60,268 bases of DNA from an uncultured Planctomycetia bacterium (GCA_964597545.1 CAZQXN010000011.1:1-60268), one strand, 5' to 3'; positions 7,501 through 16,213 are shown, counted from the first letter of the stretch. Notes: generated from the sequence alone by a model not told the origin. Translations and numbers: made by a program.

Positions 7501-9080
7501 GGAATAGGTGCAAACTCCAGAACGAAACCCCGTGTCCCCAGAGCGCCATCTTCGGAACGAAGAAAAGGAACGTTGTTTGCCCTCTCAATGGTCTCTTGGA
7601 ATCGCAAGTAAAGAGCGCTCTTGTCAGCGTCCTGAGGAAGGAATACTTCTTGCCGAAAGCGAGTCCGCATCTGCATTCCCTGGCCCTGAGCATACCGCCC
7701 GACCTCTCGAATGCCGGCCCATTCAGGGACTGCAAGCAAGATTTTCCCATTTTCTTTAAGCAGCGCCGGAGCCTCTTGCAAGATCTGCTCAATCATGCTC
7801 CTACCATGCGGTCCGCCATCACTACCCATGTTGATGATGTCCGCCCGCTCCGGCATGCGATCGATGTGGAATCTTCGCATCTCGTCTGTAAAGGGTGCCG
7901 CTGCCGGATCCGAAACAATGAGGTCGTATCGTTTCTCTCGAGCTTTCAAGGGTGCTGTGAAATTCCCTCGAAAGATCTTAACGTTACCGAGACCATTCCT
8001 CTCCACGTTCTCTCGTCCCAAGCGAAGCAAATCAAGATTCAGCTCTACGCCATCGACCGAACGCACAAGATCAGCGATGCCAACGGGAATCGTCGCACCC
8101 CCCGTCCCCAGATCAAGGACATCCCACTCCTGCTGCAAAAACCCTGGCTTGCGGAGGAATCCCAACAGTATCTCGGAATACGGAGCCATCCTCTGATTTA
8201 GCACCGGCTGAATCCATCGACCCCCTCCAACGTGCAAAAGGAGATCGTCACCCTCTCTTCGCTCTTCCCAGAGGGGTGTCTCCTCCTGGCCGGTGGGAGT
8301 TTTAAGAATGAGCAGACTGGACCTGTCGAAAAAGAGAGGGGTTTCATCAGAGTAGAGCTCCAGCCATATCGGCTTGTCATCCTCATCCTTGACAAGATGA
8401 AAAGTGAATCTGTCCCATGCTCCAAAACGAAGTGGCTCATGAGACAGACCGAGTCGGGTACCGCTGTCAATACCTACGTTCCTTATATTCAGAGAAAGGC
8501 CCAAGACATCCTGCCCTAAGCTCAGTACCCATTTTTCTAAATCGGGGCCCTGATCAATCTCAAGCGCTCCCCGCTCAAGCAGATTGACCAACCGATTCCA
8601 TGGAATCCGTATTCCCTCCTTCCTTCCGCGCTTGGGCCCGTTGGCAACTTGAACATATCGAGCGTCATAATGGACGGCGGGGGTCAGCGCTGCCTCATCC
8701 ACATCTGTCAGCGCCGGCTCAACCTGCTCCCCAAGCTTCTCCAGCACCCAGTTGCCCCAGGCCCGCACATTATCCGCAGCCAAAAGACCTCGTATCTTAG
8801 GAATGGCCTTCCGGATTTCCTCGGGCGCGGTATCGGCAAGGGCACCCAACTGCCTCAGCGCTTCAATCTGAGCTCTTGGGTCTGCATCCAACTGGCTCAT
8901 CAGTCCTTGGACTTTCGCCTCCATCTCCTCCTGGCCGGTGGAGAGGGCTTCCTGAAGCTGGGCTTCGGCGTTGCTTTCAAGCCCGGCTTGGGCCTTGAGG
9001 GCCCATGCAGAGTGTGGCGCGGCTAGAGGAATGGCCAGCCAGAGAGCGATGCTGCGGATAGCTAACTGAAGGTGTTTCAT
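4569..9080 (-). CDS. 1503-aa mosaic protein: Sec-type signal peptide, HEAT-like N-region, two HemK/PrmC-like methyltransferase modules flanking a receiver (REC) domain, and a large uncharacterised C-terminal region
   Basis: One uninterrupted ORF. The N-terminus MKHLQLAIRSIALWLAIPLAAPHSAWA looks like a cleavable signal peptide. Two 266-aa modules carry VLDLGTGG/VLDLGTAS (SAM motif I) and DLIVSDPAA[AV]PF where NPPY would be. A REC-like segment has FLVVDDDSDE...AVISDLGMP. Six [T/A]GQEE motifs are present, five of them at module boundaries. Confidence 0.8.
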   Translation of the reverse strand: MKHLQLAIRSIALWLAIPLAAPHSAWALKAQAGLESNAEAQLQEALSTGQEEMEAKVQGLMSQLDADPRAQIEALRQLGALADTAPEEIRKAIPKIRGLLAADNVRAWGNWVLEKLGEQVEPALTDVDEAALTPAVHYDARYVQVANGPKRGRKEGIRIPWNRLVNLLERGALEIDQGPDLEKWVLSLGQDVLGLSLNIRNVGIDSGTRLGLSHEPLRFGAWDRFTFHLVKDEDDKPIWLELYSDETPLFFDRSSLLILKTPTGQEETPLWEERREGDDLLLHVGGGRWIQPVLNQRMAPYSEILLGFLRKPGFLQQEWDVLDLGTGGATIPVGIADLVRSVDGVELNLDLLRLGRENVERNGLGNVKIFRGNFTAPLKAREKRYDLIVSDPAAAPFTDEMRRFHIDRMPERADIINMGSDGGPHGRSMIEQILQEAPALLKENGKILLAVPEWAGIREVGRYAQGQGMQMRTRFRQEVFLPQDADKSALYLRFQETIERANNVPFLRSEDGALGTRGFVLEFAPIPRTGQEEQTFLVVDDDSDELAATVKAIRALRPGTKVITAEDGKAAQDMIEAQGEGIDAVISDLGMPRVNGYQLLDWLKARGWQKPAAIIAKHVDEQSVSEELDLIMRDGILVAYAEKSRHAGALRGEANKLLEAIDSAAGQEETPLWEERREGDDLLLHVGGGRWIQTLFGQRTFLHSEALLEFLLEEGFLQPEWDVLDLGTASAMIPVGIADRVRSVDGVELNLDLLRLGRENIKRNKLHNVSIIRGNLTEPLKRKRKLYDLIVSDPAAVPFTDAMRKFHIDRMPDQAGIVNMSSDGGSTGRAMIEQILRKAPALLKENGEILLAVPEWAGIPEIERFAQSQELQMRTRFQQEIFFPQVAGKGTLYLRFQKTIERANNVSFLRSASGALGTRVFILEFTHAPRAGQEEGWQLIGKETSLQEGDFLFLPGEGIFEIARLTSVDVAARSGSLRLRPAGQGRIEGVYPTYQLSTLDAGAMHMPFARLASLRRGRVQDLGDLRVGDILEIDAYDWEENGFFEITRLPGARQLKALGQREVTYVAVRTLISSPHQSGTGSLSLATLERDTVYLIRLESPHAGQEENLIAKRANKVLTQAARFRERVLKIKGPDKQKVQLRYRTYENQWKFLQAIGVARHIIYPAIGTDFVPALVAEEVLGIDPKLSLSGMHRLTMTEITLEADVGLKIKGVGAALKRIQVVPYAFSSRHAISAIDQFLEEAHQQGSASVVIKNLREYGKGKSIQQFLAQVEPRLAPGDFVIVFHDPELAAQLRKRGYRNYLSKSRYSTETIEAIQQANNHLLDPMSAAPFPYSLRVSSLNFHLAEPFTVLRKPKRRSSMPDVGLEERELAVSCDLAVAALERFSTVLSVVNVAQVLVFTDAETFDLVPLAVRWGWAVAVDYDGPEAEALDELLAALDQRGALGPYAIGRRATRQFLREYSEQVKIDNRQNGLRRLGLKPWDLPQAIREVLGVVQDYLGQFV
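6288..7085 (-). other. Methyltransferase-like module 2 of the mosaic protein (aa 666-931), paralogous to module 1
   Basis: Same length (266 aa) and same motif order as module 1. The first 28 residues are identical. Confidence 0.6.
7021..7087. repeat. 67-nt perfect direct repeat, copy A (start of module 2)
   Basis: ccaacgtgcaaaaggagatcgtcaccctctcttcgctcttcccagaggggtgtctcctcctggccgg is identical to 8227-8293. Confidence 0.9.
7086..7493 (-). other. Receiver (REC)-like domain of the mosaic protein (aa 530-665)
   Basis: GQEEQTFLVVDDDSDELAATV...IDAVISDLGMPRVNGYQLLDWLK has an acidic pocket (DDD) and a phospho-acceptor-like Asp in SDLGMP. Confidence 0.65.
7494..8291 (-). other. Methyltransferase-like module 1 of the mosaic protein (aa 264-529)
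   Basis: Starts GQEETPLWEERREGDDLLLHVGGGRWIQ. Contains VLDLGTGGATIPVGIA, DLIVSDPAAAPF, GSDGGPHGRSMIEQIL and LKENGKILLAVPEWAG, an arrangement parallel to PrmC/HemK motifs. Confidence 0.6.
8227..8293. repeat. 67-nt perfect direct repeat, copy B (start of module 1)
   Basis: Identical to 7021-7087. The flanking module sequence has diverged. Confidence 0.9.
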
Positions 9081-9169
9081 GGGATTACACGTTGATATTA
9101 CAAGCTTACACGAAGAAGGAAGATAGCGGCAAGTAAAATAACTAGCTATGGATTATGATTAATGAGTCC

Positions 9170-9226
9170 TTCGACAAGCTCAAGATGAACGGGGAACGTT
9201 CGTGGTTCGACAGGCCCACCATGAAC
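9170..9226. repeat. Two degenerate direct copies of a 21-nt unit (ttcgacaRGCYCAMSatgaac) in the frr / mosaic-gene intergenic region
   Basis: ttcgacaagctcaagatgaac (9170-9190) and ttcgacaggcccaccatgaac (9206-9226), offset by 36 nt. Confidence 0.6.
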
Positions 9227-9236
9227 AGTGGAGCGA

Positions 9237-9824
9237 TTAGACGGTTTTTAGATCCGCCTCTTTGGCTCCCAGAATCTCATCTACCTTCTTGTGGTAGCGG
9301 TCGGTGAGTTTCTGGAGATCGTCAAGGCCTTTGAACTTCTCGTCCTCGGGGACCGACTTGTCCTTGAAGAGCTTCTCAATCCCCTCCTTGGCGCTGTGCC
9401 GGATAGTGCGGATGGAGATGCGCCCCTCCTCTGCCTGCTTGTGGGCAAGTTTGGAGAGCTCCTCGCGCCGCTCGGTGGACAGCGGCGGAATGGAGATGCG
9501 AATGTGCTTGCCATCGTTCAAAGGGGCCAACCCCAGCTCTGATTTGGCGATCGCTCGCTCGATGTCCGGCAAGACATTGGGATCCCAGGGTTGGATCACC
9601 AAGAGCTTAGGATCCGGTGTGTTGATGCTGGCCAACTGCTTTAAGGGGGTGGGGGTGCCGTAGTACTCCACCTTGATGCCTTCCAGTAAAGCAGAGCTGG
9701 CACGGCCGGTCCGGATGGTGGCAAACTCGCGGCTGACGGCATCTAAGGCCTTGGCCATCTTGCCCTCGGTTTCCTTCAAGATTCCTGAGATGGTGGTCGC
9801 GGTGACTTTGGCTTCTTGGCTCAT
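9237..9824 (-). CDS. frr: Ribosome recycling factor
   Basis: 195 aa. MAKALDAVSREFATIRTGRAS...PPLSTERREEL...IRTIRHSAKE is the typical RRF pattern. Sits in the conserved frr-pyrH-tsf-rpsB neighbourhood. Confidence 0.93.
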   Translation of the reverse strand: MSQEAKVTATTISGILKETEGKMAKALDAVSREFATIRTGRASSALLEGIKVEYYGTPTPLKQLASINTPDPKLLVIQPWDPNVLPDIERAIAKSELGLAPLNDGKHIRISIPPLSTERREELSKLAHKQAEEGRISIRTIRHSAKEGIEKLFKDKSVPEDEKFKGLDDLQKLTDRYHKKVDEILGAKEADLKTV

Positions 9825-9850
9825 CGAAACGTCAACTCCTGTGGTTTGGG

Positions 9851-10588
9851 TTAATGAATGACGGTGCCGATGCGCTGTCCCAGGATTACACGCTTGATGT
9901 TCCCTGGGCGCGTCATGTTGAAGATGACAATGGGCAGCTTATGGTCCATGCAGAGGCTGATGGCAGTAGCGTCCATCACCTTGAGACCCTTTTTAAGCAA
10001 ATCGATGTAGTTGAGCTCAGTGAAGCGCTTTGCATTGCGGTTGCGCACGGGATCAGCAGAATAAACCCCGTCCACCTTGGTGGCCTTTAAGATCGCTTCA
10101 GCGTCAATCTCGATTGAGCGCAGCGCCGCCGCGGTGTCGGTAGAGAAGTAGGGGTTACCCGTGCCGGCGGCAAAAAGGACGACTCTTCCCTTCTCCAAGT
10201 GCCGGATGGCTCGCCTGCGGATGTACGGTTCGGCCAATGCCTCCATATGAATGGCTGTTTGGACGCGGGTGACGCAACCGATCTTCTCGAGGGCATCCTG
10301 GAAGGCCAAGGCATTGATGATGGTCGCGAGCATCCCCATGTAATCGGCGGTCGTGCGGGCGATGCCTTGGGCGCGGGCGGTGACTCCAGTGCCTCGGAAA
10401 ATGTTGCCCCCACCAATGACCACGCCCACCTGAACACCGAGACTTTGGATCTCTTTGATCTGGCGGGCGATGCCGTGGGTAACTTTTGCGTCGATGCCGT
10501 AGCCTTTGGGTCCAGCTTGAAGGGCTTCTCCGCTGATTTTTATGACTACCCTTCGGTAAGCAGGACGTAAGGCTTTGGACTTAGGCAT
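9851..10588 (-). CDS. pyrH: UMP kinase
   Basis: 245 aa. Motifs [19 protein letters not shown] and [18 protein letters not shown]. Confidence 0.95.
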   Translation of the reverse strand: MPKSKALRPAYRRVVIKISGEALQAGPKGYGIDAKVTHGIARQIKEIQSLGVQVGVVIGGGNIFRGTGVTARAQGIARTTADYMGMLATIINALAFQDALEKIGCVTRVQTAIHMEALAEPYIRRRAIRHLEKGRVVLFAAGTGNPYFSTDTAAALRSIEIDAEAILKATKVDGVYSADPVRNRNAKRFTELNYIDLLKKGLKVMDATAISLCMDHKLPIVIFNMTRPGNIKRVILGQRIGTVIH

Positions 10589-10590
10589 CG

Positions 10591-11139
10591 TCAGGGGGAG
10601 GCGCTAGAGGCCTCCTCTCCGAGGCTGAATCGGACGAAACGACGGATGCGCAGGTTCTCCTTGAGGCTTGCGACCGCCTCATGAAGAAGATCCTGGATGG
10701 TCTTGGAAGAATCCTTGACGTAAGGCTGGTTGAGGAGGACCTGCTCCTCGTGGTGCTTGCGCTCTTTCGCAGAGATGCTTGAAGGAATGTCATCGGCGCT
10801 GACGTAGCGGGGGTTCATGGAAGCCACCTGAAGGCAGATCTCATGGACAAAGGCCTTAAATTGATCGGTGCGAGCTACGAAGTCGGTCTCACAGTTGACC
10901 TCGACCAAAACACCGATCTTGCCGCCATGGATGTAGGAACCCACCGCACCTGCGCGGGTCTCTCGCAGAGCCTTTTCCTTGGCAACATCGGCTCCCTTGG
11001 CCCGCAGCGCCTTCAATGCCTGCTCCACTTGGCCGCCCGCTTCCTGGAGGGCCTTCTTGCACTCCATGATGCCGGCACCTGTGCGCTCCCGAAGATCCTT
11101 AATCTGCTCGGTGCCTACAGCGGTTGCTGCTTTAGGCAC
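10591..11139 (-). CDS. tsf: Elongation factor Ts (short form); likely GTG start overlapping the rpsB stop
   Basis: [16 protein letters not shown] and [19 protein letters not shown] are EF-Ts signatures. The longest ORF (to 11337) would overlap about 200 nt of rpsB. A GTG at 11139-11137 gives [21 protein letters not shown] and overlaps the rpsB stop by 8 nt. The start is not certain. Confidence 0.85.
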   Translation of the reverse strand: MPKAATAVGTEQIKDLRERTGAGIMECKKALQEAGGQVEQALKALRAKGADVAKEKALRETRAGAVGSYIHGGKIGVLVEVNCETDFVARTDQFKAFVHEICLQVASMNPRYVSADDIPSSISAKERKHHEEQVLLNQPYVKDSSKTIQDLLHEAVASLKENLRIRRFVRFSLGEEASSASP

Positions 11140-12211
11140 TGGGCGGTTCCTCTTTCTTCTTGTCCCCTTTGGGCTTCTTTTTGTCATCTTCCTTCTTCTG
11201 TTCCTTTGCTTTGGCAGCAGCGCGCTTTTTAAGTTCCTCTTCCTCTCCCTTGATGGCGGTCTTGAGCAGCGCCTCTGGAACAATCTCCTCCTCGGGCTCA
11301 GGAGGGGGAACGACTTCCTCTGTGACTGCCGCATCACTTTGAGGTGTTTCGGCTTCTGAAGCTATTTTGTCGGCGGCTGCTTTATCGGCGGCTGCCTGCT
11401 GTTCAGCAGCGACTTTATCGGCGGCGGCCTTCTCGGCTGCAGCCTTCTCGGCGGCGGCCTGCTGAGCGGCTTGGGCTGCGGCCTCTGCCTCAGCCTTCTT
11501 GCGCGCCTCTTCCTGGCCGGCCAGATAGAGTTGATACCCTTCGCGGATGCTGTCCGCCAACAAAGAGGTTACCAGTCCAATGGAGCGGATGGCGTCGTCG
11601 TTACCGGGAATAACGTGGGTAATGGGGTCGGGATTGCTGTTGGTGTCCACCAGGGCCACAACAGGAATCTCCAATCGAACCGCCTCTCGAATGGCGGTCT
11701 CTTCCCGCTTGGCATCCACCACAAAAACTGCCTTCGGCAGCTTAGGCATCTCAATGATACCGCCTAACACCTTCTCCAGACGAGCCAGCTCGCTGTCTGC
11801 CCGGGCCCTTTCCTTCTTGGTCATCCGCTCAAAGGTGCCGTCTTCGTGCCAGTTACGGATGGTTTTGAGACGCTCGATTGATTTGCGGATGGTCTGGAAG
11901 TTGGTGAGCAGCCCGCCCAGCCAACGAAGATTCACATAGAACTGGCCGCAGCGGGTGGCCTCTGCGGCAATGATCGGTTGGGCCTGTCGCTTAGTGCCCA
12001 CAAAAAGGATGGGACCACCCTCTGCGGCAATGGAGCGCAAAAAGGCCTTTGCCTCTTCAACGCCCTGGGCGGTTTTCTGGAGGTCCAAAATGTAGATGCC
12101 GTTCTTCTCCCCGAAGATGAAGCGTTTCATCTTGGGATTCCAACGGTGGGTTTGGTGCCCGAAGTGGACTCCAGCTTCCAGTAGGTCTTTAACGAGTGGT
12201 TCAATCATCAT
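11132..12211 (-). CDS. rpsB: 30S ribosomal protein S2 with a roughly 110-aa Ala/Lys/Glu-rich C-terminal extension
   Basis: [19 protein letters not shown] and the rest of a standard S2 core, followed by [39 protein letters not shown]...[16 protein letters not shown]. Confidence 0.93.
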   Translation of the reverse strand: MMIEPLVKDLLEAGVHFGHQTHRWNPKMKRFIFGEKNGIYILDLQKTAQGVEEAKAFLRSIAAEGGPILFVGTKRQAQPIIAAEATRCGQFYVNLRWLGGLLTNFQTIRKSIERLKTIRNWHEDGTFERMTKKERARADSELARLEKVLGGIIEMPKLPKAVFVVDAKREETAIREAVRLEIPVVALVDTNSNPDPITHVIPGNDDAIRSIGLVTSLLADSIREGYQLYLAGQEEARKKAEAEAAAQAAQQAAAEKAAAEKAAADKVAAEQQAAADKAAADKIASEAETPQSDAAVTEEVVPPPEPEEEIVPEALLKTAIKGEEEELKKRAAAKAKEQKKEDDKKKPKGDKKKEEPPSA

Positions 12212-12237
12212 GAATCGTTTAGTATACCAGAAAATCC

Positions 12238-14025
12238 TTAAGGCGCAACTTGTAATTCATAGAGCCGTCGATAGATAGGAGAACTGGCCAACAGTTCATC
12301 ATGCCTTCCGGTCTCAGCCACCCTGCCCTGATCCAGCACCACAATCCGGTCGGCCCTGCGGATGGTGGACAATCGGTGGGCAATCACAAAGGCGGTCCGA
12401 TTCTTCATCAGGCGATCCAGCGCTTCCTGGACCAAGGCCTCTGACTCGGAATCCAACTGGGAGGTGGCTTCATCCAAGATCAAGATGGGGGGATCTTTCA
12501 AGAGGGCGCGAGCAATGGAGAGGCGCTGACGCTCTCCCCCTGAAAGCTTAAAACCCTGCTCGCCCACCACGGTGTCATATCCAGAGGGTAACCGCTGGAT
12601 AAAGGGGTCTGCATTGGCCGCTTGGGCCGCCTTCTGCACGCGCTCGAGGCTTGCGTTCGGCTCACCAAAAGCGATGTTGGCGCGAACGGTATCGTGAAAC
12701 AGGAATGGGTCCTGAGTCACCAGGCCAATTTGGCGGCGCAGGGACTCCAGGGTGACGGATTTCAGATCCACCCCGTCGATGGTCACCCGCCCCTCAACAG
12801 GATCAAAAAAGCGCAGAACCAGATTCACCAGGGTGGTCTTGCCGGCGCCGCTCGCCCCAACCAAAGCGACCACTTCGCCTTTGCGAACCGTAAGATTGAC
12901 CCCATCCAACACAAACCGCTCGTCATACCGGAACCGCACATCTTTCAGGCAGACTTCGCTCTGAAACGGCGCCAACCGAGCCGCATCCGGGGCCTCCTCT
13001 GCTGAGGGGGTCGCCTCCAAGATGTCCACGACACGCTTGGCGGCGGCCAGCGCCTGCTGGTGGACGCCATAAAGGCGGCTGAGCTTCTTAAAGGGTGGGA
13101 CCAGAGAGACCAGGGCAGCCAAGAAGAAAACAAAGAAGCCGAGGGTCAGCTCCCCCTGGAGCACCGAACGGCCCCCCAGCTCCAGCACAAAGAGGATGCC
13201 AACGATACCGATGAGCTCAGTCACCGCTGCGAGCCCCTCCCTGCGCTTGACCGTGCGGATGTTGGCCTTGTAATACTGCTGATTGATGGAACCAAACCGC
13301 CCCGCTTCATGATCCTCGGCGGTAAAGGCCTTGATGATCCGAATCCCCTGGAGGGTCTCGATGATGCGGACGTTGAGGTCTGCCATCCGCTCCTGGACCA
13401 GATAGCCCAACTTTCTCAGCTTCTTGCCGATGCGGACAATCGGGAAGCTGATCGCCGGCAGCAGGATCAGGGTGATCGAAGCGAGCTTCCAATGAATGGA
13501 GAAGATGACCGCTGTAAAGATCAACACCTGCGAGGTTTGATAGACAAGATCGGCGATACCCTCGGTAATGGAGTTTTGCAGAACCGAGACATCGTGCGTG
13601 ATCCGGGAGGTCAATTCCCCTGTTCGCTCGCCGCTTAAGAAACCGACTGAAAGGCGGTGATAGTGGCGGTAGAGTCCGTTGCGGATGTCGCGCAAAAAGC
13701 GCAGGGCTGTGTCATTCATCAGAACCGTCTGGGTAAACTCAAAAAGGTTCTTTAAGATAAACAACACCACCACCACACCCACCACCCAGTGCAATTTAGA
13801 CAAGGGATTGAGCGCCAGGAAGCGTGAGGCAAAAGCCGCCACGGGTGCCGGCAGCCATGCCGGCAGGGTTGCAGACTGATCCAGCACCACCTGGTCCAGC
13901 AGGGGCACAATCATGCTCAACTGCACCCCCTTGAGCAGGCTCGAGATCACCATACAAACGGCAGCCAGCCCCAATAACAGCAGGTGGGGCTTTAGGTAAG
14001 GTATGAGCTTTAAGTAATTTCTCAT
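12238..14025 (-). CDS. msbA: ABC transporter, fused permease/ATPase, lipid A exporter MsbA-like
   Basis: Six-helix TMD plus NBD with Walker [10 protein letters not shown], signature LSGGERQR and Walker [10 protein letters not shown]. The start is set at [11 protein letters not shown] (14025), because the upstream 15 codons overlap the divergent gene region. Lies in a lipid A gene context. Confidence 0.8.
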   Translation of the reverse strand: MRNYLKLIPYLKPHLLLLGLAAVCMVISSLLKGVQLSMIVPLLDQVVLDQSATLPAWLPAPVAAFASRFLALNPLSKLHWVVGVVVVLFILKNLFEFTQTVLMNDTALRFLRDIRNGLYRHYHRLSVGFLSGERTGELTSRITHDVSVLQNSITEGIADLVYQTSQVLIFTAVIFSIHWKLASITLILLPAISFPIVRIGKKLRKLGYLVQERMADLNVRIIETLQGIRIIKAFTAEDHEAGRFGSINQQYYKANIRTVKRREGLAAVTELIGIVGILFVLELGGRSVLQGELTLGFFVFFLAALVSLVPPFKKLSRLYGVHQQALAAAKRVVDILEATPSAEEAPDAARLAPFQSEVCLKDVRFRYDERFVLDGVNLTVRKGEVVALVGASGAGKTTLVNLVLRFFDPVEGRVTIDGVDLKSVTLESLRRQIGLVTQDPFLFHDTVRANIAFGEPNASLERVQKAAQAANADPFIQRLPSGYDTVVGEQGFKLSGGERQRLSIARALLKDPPILILDEATSQLDSESEALVQEALDRLMKNRTAFVIAHRLSTIRRADRIVVLDQGRVAETGRHDELLASSPIYRRLYELQVAP

Positions 14026-14038
14026 GGCAGAAAAAGGG

Positions 14039-14068
14039 GCCAGGTACCGAACATTTACGGTACCTGGC
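14039..14068. repeat. Perfect 11-bp inverted repeat (GCCAGGTACCG-N8-CGGTACCTGGC) in the divergent msbA / oxidoreductase control region
   Basis: gccaggtaccg aacattta cggtacctggc. It lies between the two divergent start codons (14025 and 14105) and shares the GGTACC core with the elements at 16.2 kb and 52.7 kb. Confidence 0.8.
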
Positions 14069-14104
14069 AAGCATTATTGTATCATGTTATACTACCATTC
14101 ATCT

Positions 14105-15037
14105 ATGAACAGCAAACCAACTAAGGTTGCGGTTATCGGCGTGGGGCATTTGGGCTCAATCCACGCTCGAATATATTCGCAACTTCAATCAGCGCAACTA
14201 GTTGCAGTATGTGATCTGCAGCCGGAACGGGCACAGCAAATCGCTCAACAGCATGGCTGCCGGTGGGTCACAGACCATCGGGAACTCATTGGAGAGGTGG
14301 ATGCGGTCTCCATCGCCGTGCCGACACAGGCTCACTTCCCTGTCGCCAAAGATTTTCTCTCCCACGGCATTCATACCCTGATCGAAAAACCGATCACCAG
14401 CACCCTGCGCGAAGCAGATCAGCTTCTAAAGCTCTGCCGCAGGCGCCGCATCATCCTGCAGGTAGGCCATGTGGAGCGGTTTAATGCGGCACTGCGCAAA
14501 GTGGCCGATACCCTGAGCAACCCCCGGTTCATTGAGGTCCACCGGCTCGCTCCCTTCCAGCCCAGAGGAACTGAGGTAGGGGTGGTGTTAGATTTGATGA
14601 TCCATGACATTGACATTCTCTTGGGGCTCATCAAAGCCAAGGCGCGCCGGGTCGAGGGACTGGGCGTTAAGGTGTTGACACCCTTTGAGGACATTGCCAA
14701 CGCCCGCATCTGCTTTTCCAACGGCGCGGTTGCAAATCTCACTGCCAGCCGTATCTCCAAGGAGCCGATGCGCAGATTCCGGATTTTTCAGGCTTCGACT
14801 TACATCTCGATCGACTTCCTAGAGCAAGCGGTGGAGATCTTCCGCCATGAGAAGGGCCAGCTCAAACATGAAAAGATCGCCATCACTGAAGGAGAAGAGC
14901 CCCTAAAGGCAGAACTGTCTGCCTTCCTGGAGTCGATTCAACATCACCGTCCGCCGCCGGTCTCTGGCCGCCAGGCGCGCGATGCGCTGGCCATGGCCTT
15001 GAAGGTCACCCGCCTGGTCCACCGCAACCATCCATAA
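14105..15037 (+). CDS. Gfo/Idh/MocA-family NAD(P)-dependent oxidoreductase
   Basis: Start chosen at MNSKPTKVAVIGVGHLGS (Rossmann GxGxxG close to the N-terminus). LIEKPITS is the family EKP motif. No obvious SD. TG-n-TATACT (14085-14093) about 11 nt upstream suggests a very short leader. Confidence 0.8.
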   Translation: MNSKPTKVAVIGVGHLGSIHARIYSQLQSAQLVAVCDLQPERAQQIAQQHGCRWVTDHRELIGEVDAVSIAVPTQAHFPVAKDFLSHGIHTLIEKPITSTLREADQLLKLCRRRRIILQVGHVERFNAALRKVADTLSNPRFIEVHRLAPFQPRGTEVGVVLDLMIHDIDILLGLIKAKARRVEGLGVKVLTPFEDIANARICFSNGAVANLTASRISKEPMRRFRIFQASTYISIDFLEQAVEIFRHEKGQLKHEKIAITEGEEPLKAELSAFLESIQHHRPPPVSGRQARDALAMALKVTRLVHRNHP

Positions 15038-15067
15038 CGCAGACGAACAATTGAACAAGGTGTAGGG

Positions 15068-16213
15068 ATGGGCAAAAAGATATTCATGATTGCCGGAGAA
15101 TCTTCCGGCGACCTCCACGGCAGCTCACTGGCCAAAGCCCTGCAATCCGCCTCTCCTGATTTGACTTTGCTGGGTTTAGGGGGCAGTCAGATGCGGGAAG
15201 CGGGGGTAAACATACTGGCTGATCCCACAACCTTGGCGGTAGTGGGACTGGTTGAGGTGCTCCAGCACCTGGGTGCCTTCCGCGATCTCTTTAACCTTGC
15301 CGTCCGCGCCCTGGACGAACACAAACCAGAGCTGGTCATCCTGATCGACTACCCCGGCTTCAACCTGCGCTTCGCCCGAGAGGCGAAGCGCCGCGGTATC
15401 CGCTTGGTCTACTACATCTCTCCTCAACTTTGGGCTTGGGACCATGGCCGCATCGCTCAGATCAAGGCCACAGTGGACCGCATGATAGTTGTCCTGCCCT
15501 TTGAGCAGAAGCTTTACGAACAGCACGGAGTGCCGGTCACCTTTGTGGGGCACCCCCTCTTAGATCAGGTTAAGCCCGAGCTTAACCGCCTGCAAACATT
15601 GGAGCGGCTGGGGTTAGCGGATGGCATGCCGGTCGTGGGGTTACTCCCTGGCTCCCGGGAAGGAGAGGTCCGGCGGCTCCTTCCGGCATTTCTGGCTGCC
15701 TGCGACCGCCTCCAGAAGAACCTGCCCTCTACAACCCGATTCCTGCTGATCAAGGCACCCCACCTGCCCTGGAAGCTGTACCGAGATGCCTTGAAGCACG
15801 CATCGGTTGAGCCTAAGGTGTTGGAGCGGTGGGACTACGACAGCCTCTATGCCTGCGATCTGGTGTTGGTGGCCTCGGGCACGGCGACGCTGGAGTGCGC
15901 CCTCTTAGAGCGGCCGATGCTGATCATCTACAAAAGCAATTGGCTGACCTATTTGATCGGCCGAGTGCTGGTTCGCATTCCCACCATTGGGTTGGTCAAT
16001 ATTGTGGCAGGCTGCTCGGTGGTGCCGGAGCTCGTCCAGCATGATGCCTCACCGGCAAGAATTGCCAGAGCCACTGATGCCCTATGGGCAAGCGCTGAAC
16101 GGCGAGAAGCAATGAAGGTGGCTTTTCGGAAAATCCGCGCTTCCCTGGGTACCCCAGGGGCATCTAAGCGCGCTGCGCAAGCAGTGCTTCAGGAGCTAGA
16201 ATCGGTACCGTAG
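15068..16213 (+). CDS. lpxB: Lipid-A-disaccharide synthase
   Basis: 381 aa. KIFMIAGESSGDLHGSSLAKAL is the LpxB N-terminal signature, and the length is typical. Confidence 0.9.
   Translation: MGKKIFMIAGESSGDLHGSSLAKALQSASPDLTLLGLGGSQMREAGVNILADPTTLAVVGLVEVLQHLGAFRDLFNLAVRALDEHKPELVILIDYPGFNLRFAREAKRRGIRLVYYISPQLWAWDHGRIAQIKATVDRMIVVLPFEQKLYEQHGVPVTFVGHPLLDQVKPELNRLQTLERLGLADGMPVVGLLPGSREGEVRRLLPAFLAACDRLQKNLPSTTRFLLIKAPHLPWKLYRDALKHASVEPKVLERWDYDSLYACDLVLVASGTATLECALLERPMLIIYKSNWLTYLIGRVLVRIPTIGLVNIVAGCSVVPELVQHDASPARIARATDALWASAERREAMKVAFRKIRASLGTPGASKRAAQAVLQELESVP

Noticed and set aside
7215-8201. 328-aa plus-strand ORF, and several 60-160-aa ORFs, antisense to the 1503-aa gene
   Set aside because: They lie entirely inside, and antisense to, a long ORF with recognisable domains. 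They have no motifs. Their repeated structure simply mirrors the sense-strand module duplication.
10591-11337. Long version of the tsf ORF (248 aa) with a Lys/Arg-rich N-terminus
   Set aside because: Its first roughly 65 codons overlap the rpsB tail in another frame and have no similarity to EF-Ts. A GTG start at 11139 yields a normal EF-Ts N-terminus.
14024-14104. Extended starts of msbA (to 14070) and of the plus-strand oxidoreductase (from 14024) that overlap each other
   Set aside because: The two extensions would occupy the same DNA in divergent directions and cover the palindromic control region. The internal Met codons give canonical N-termini.
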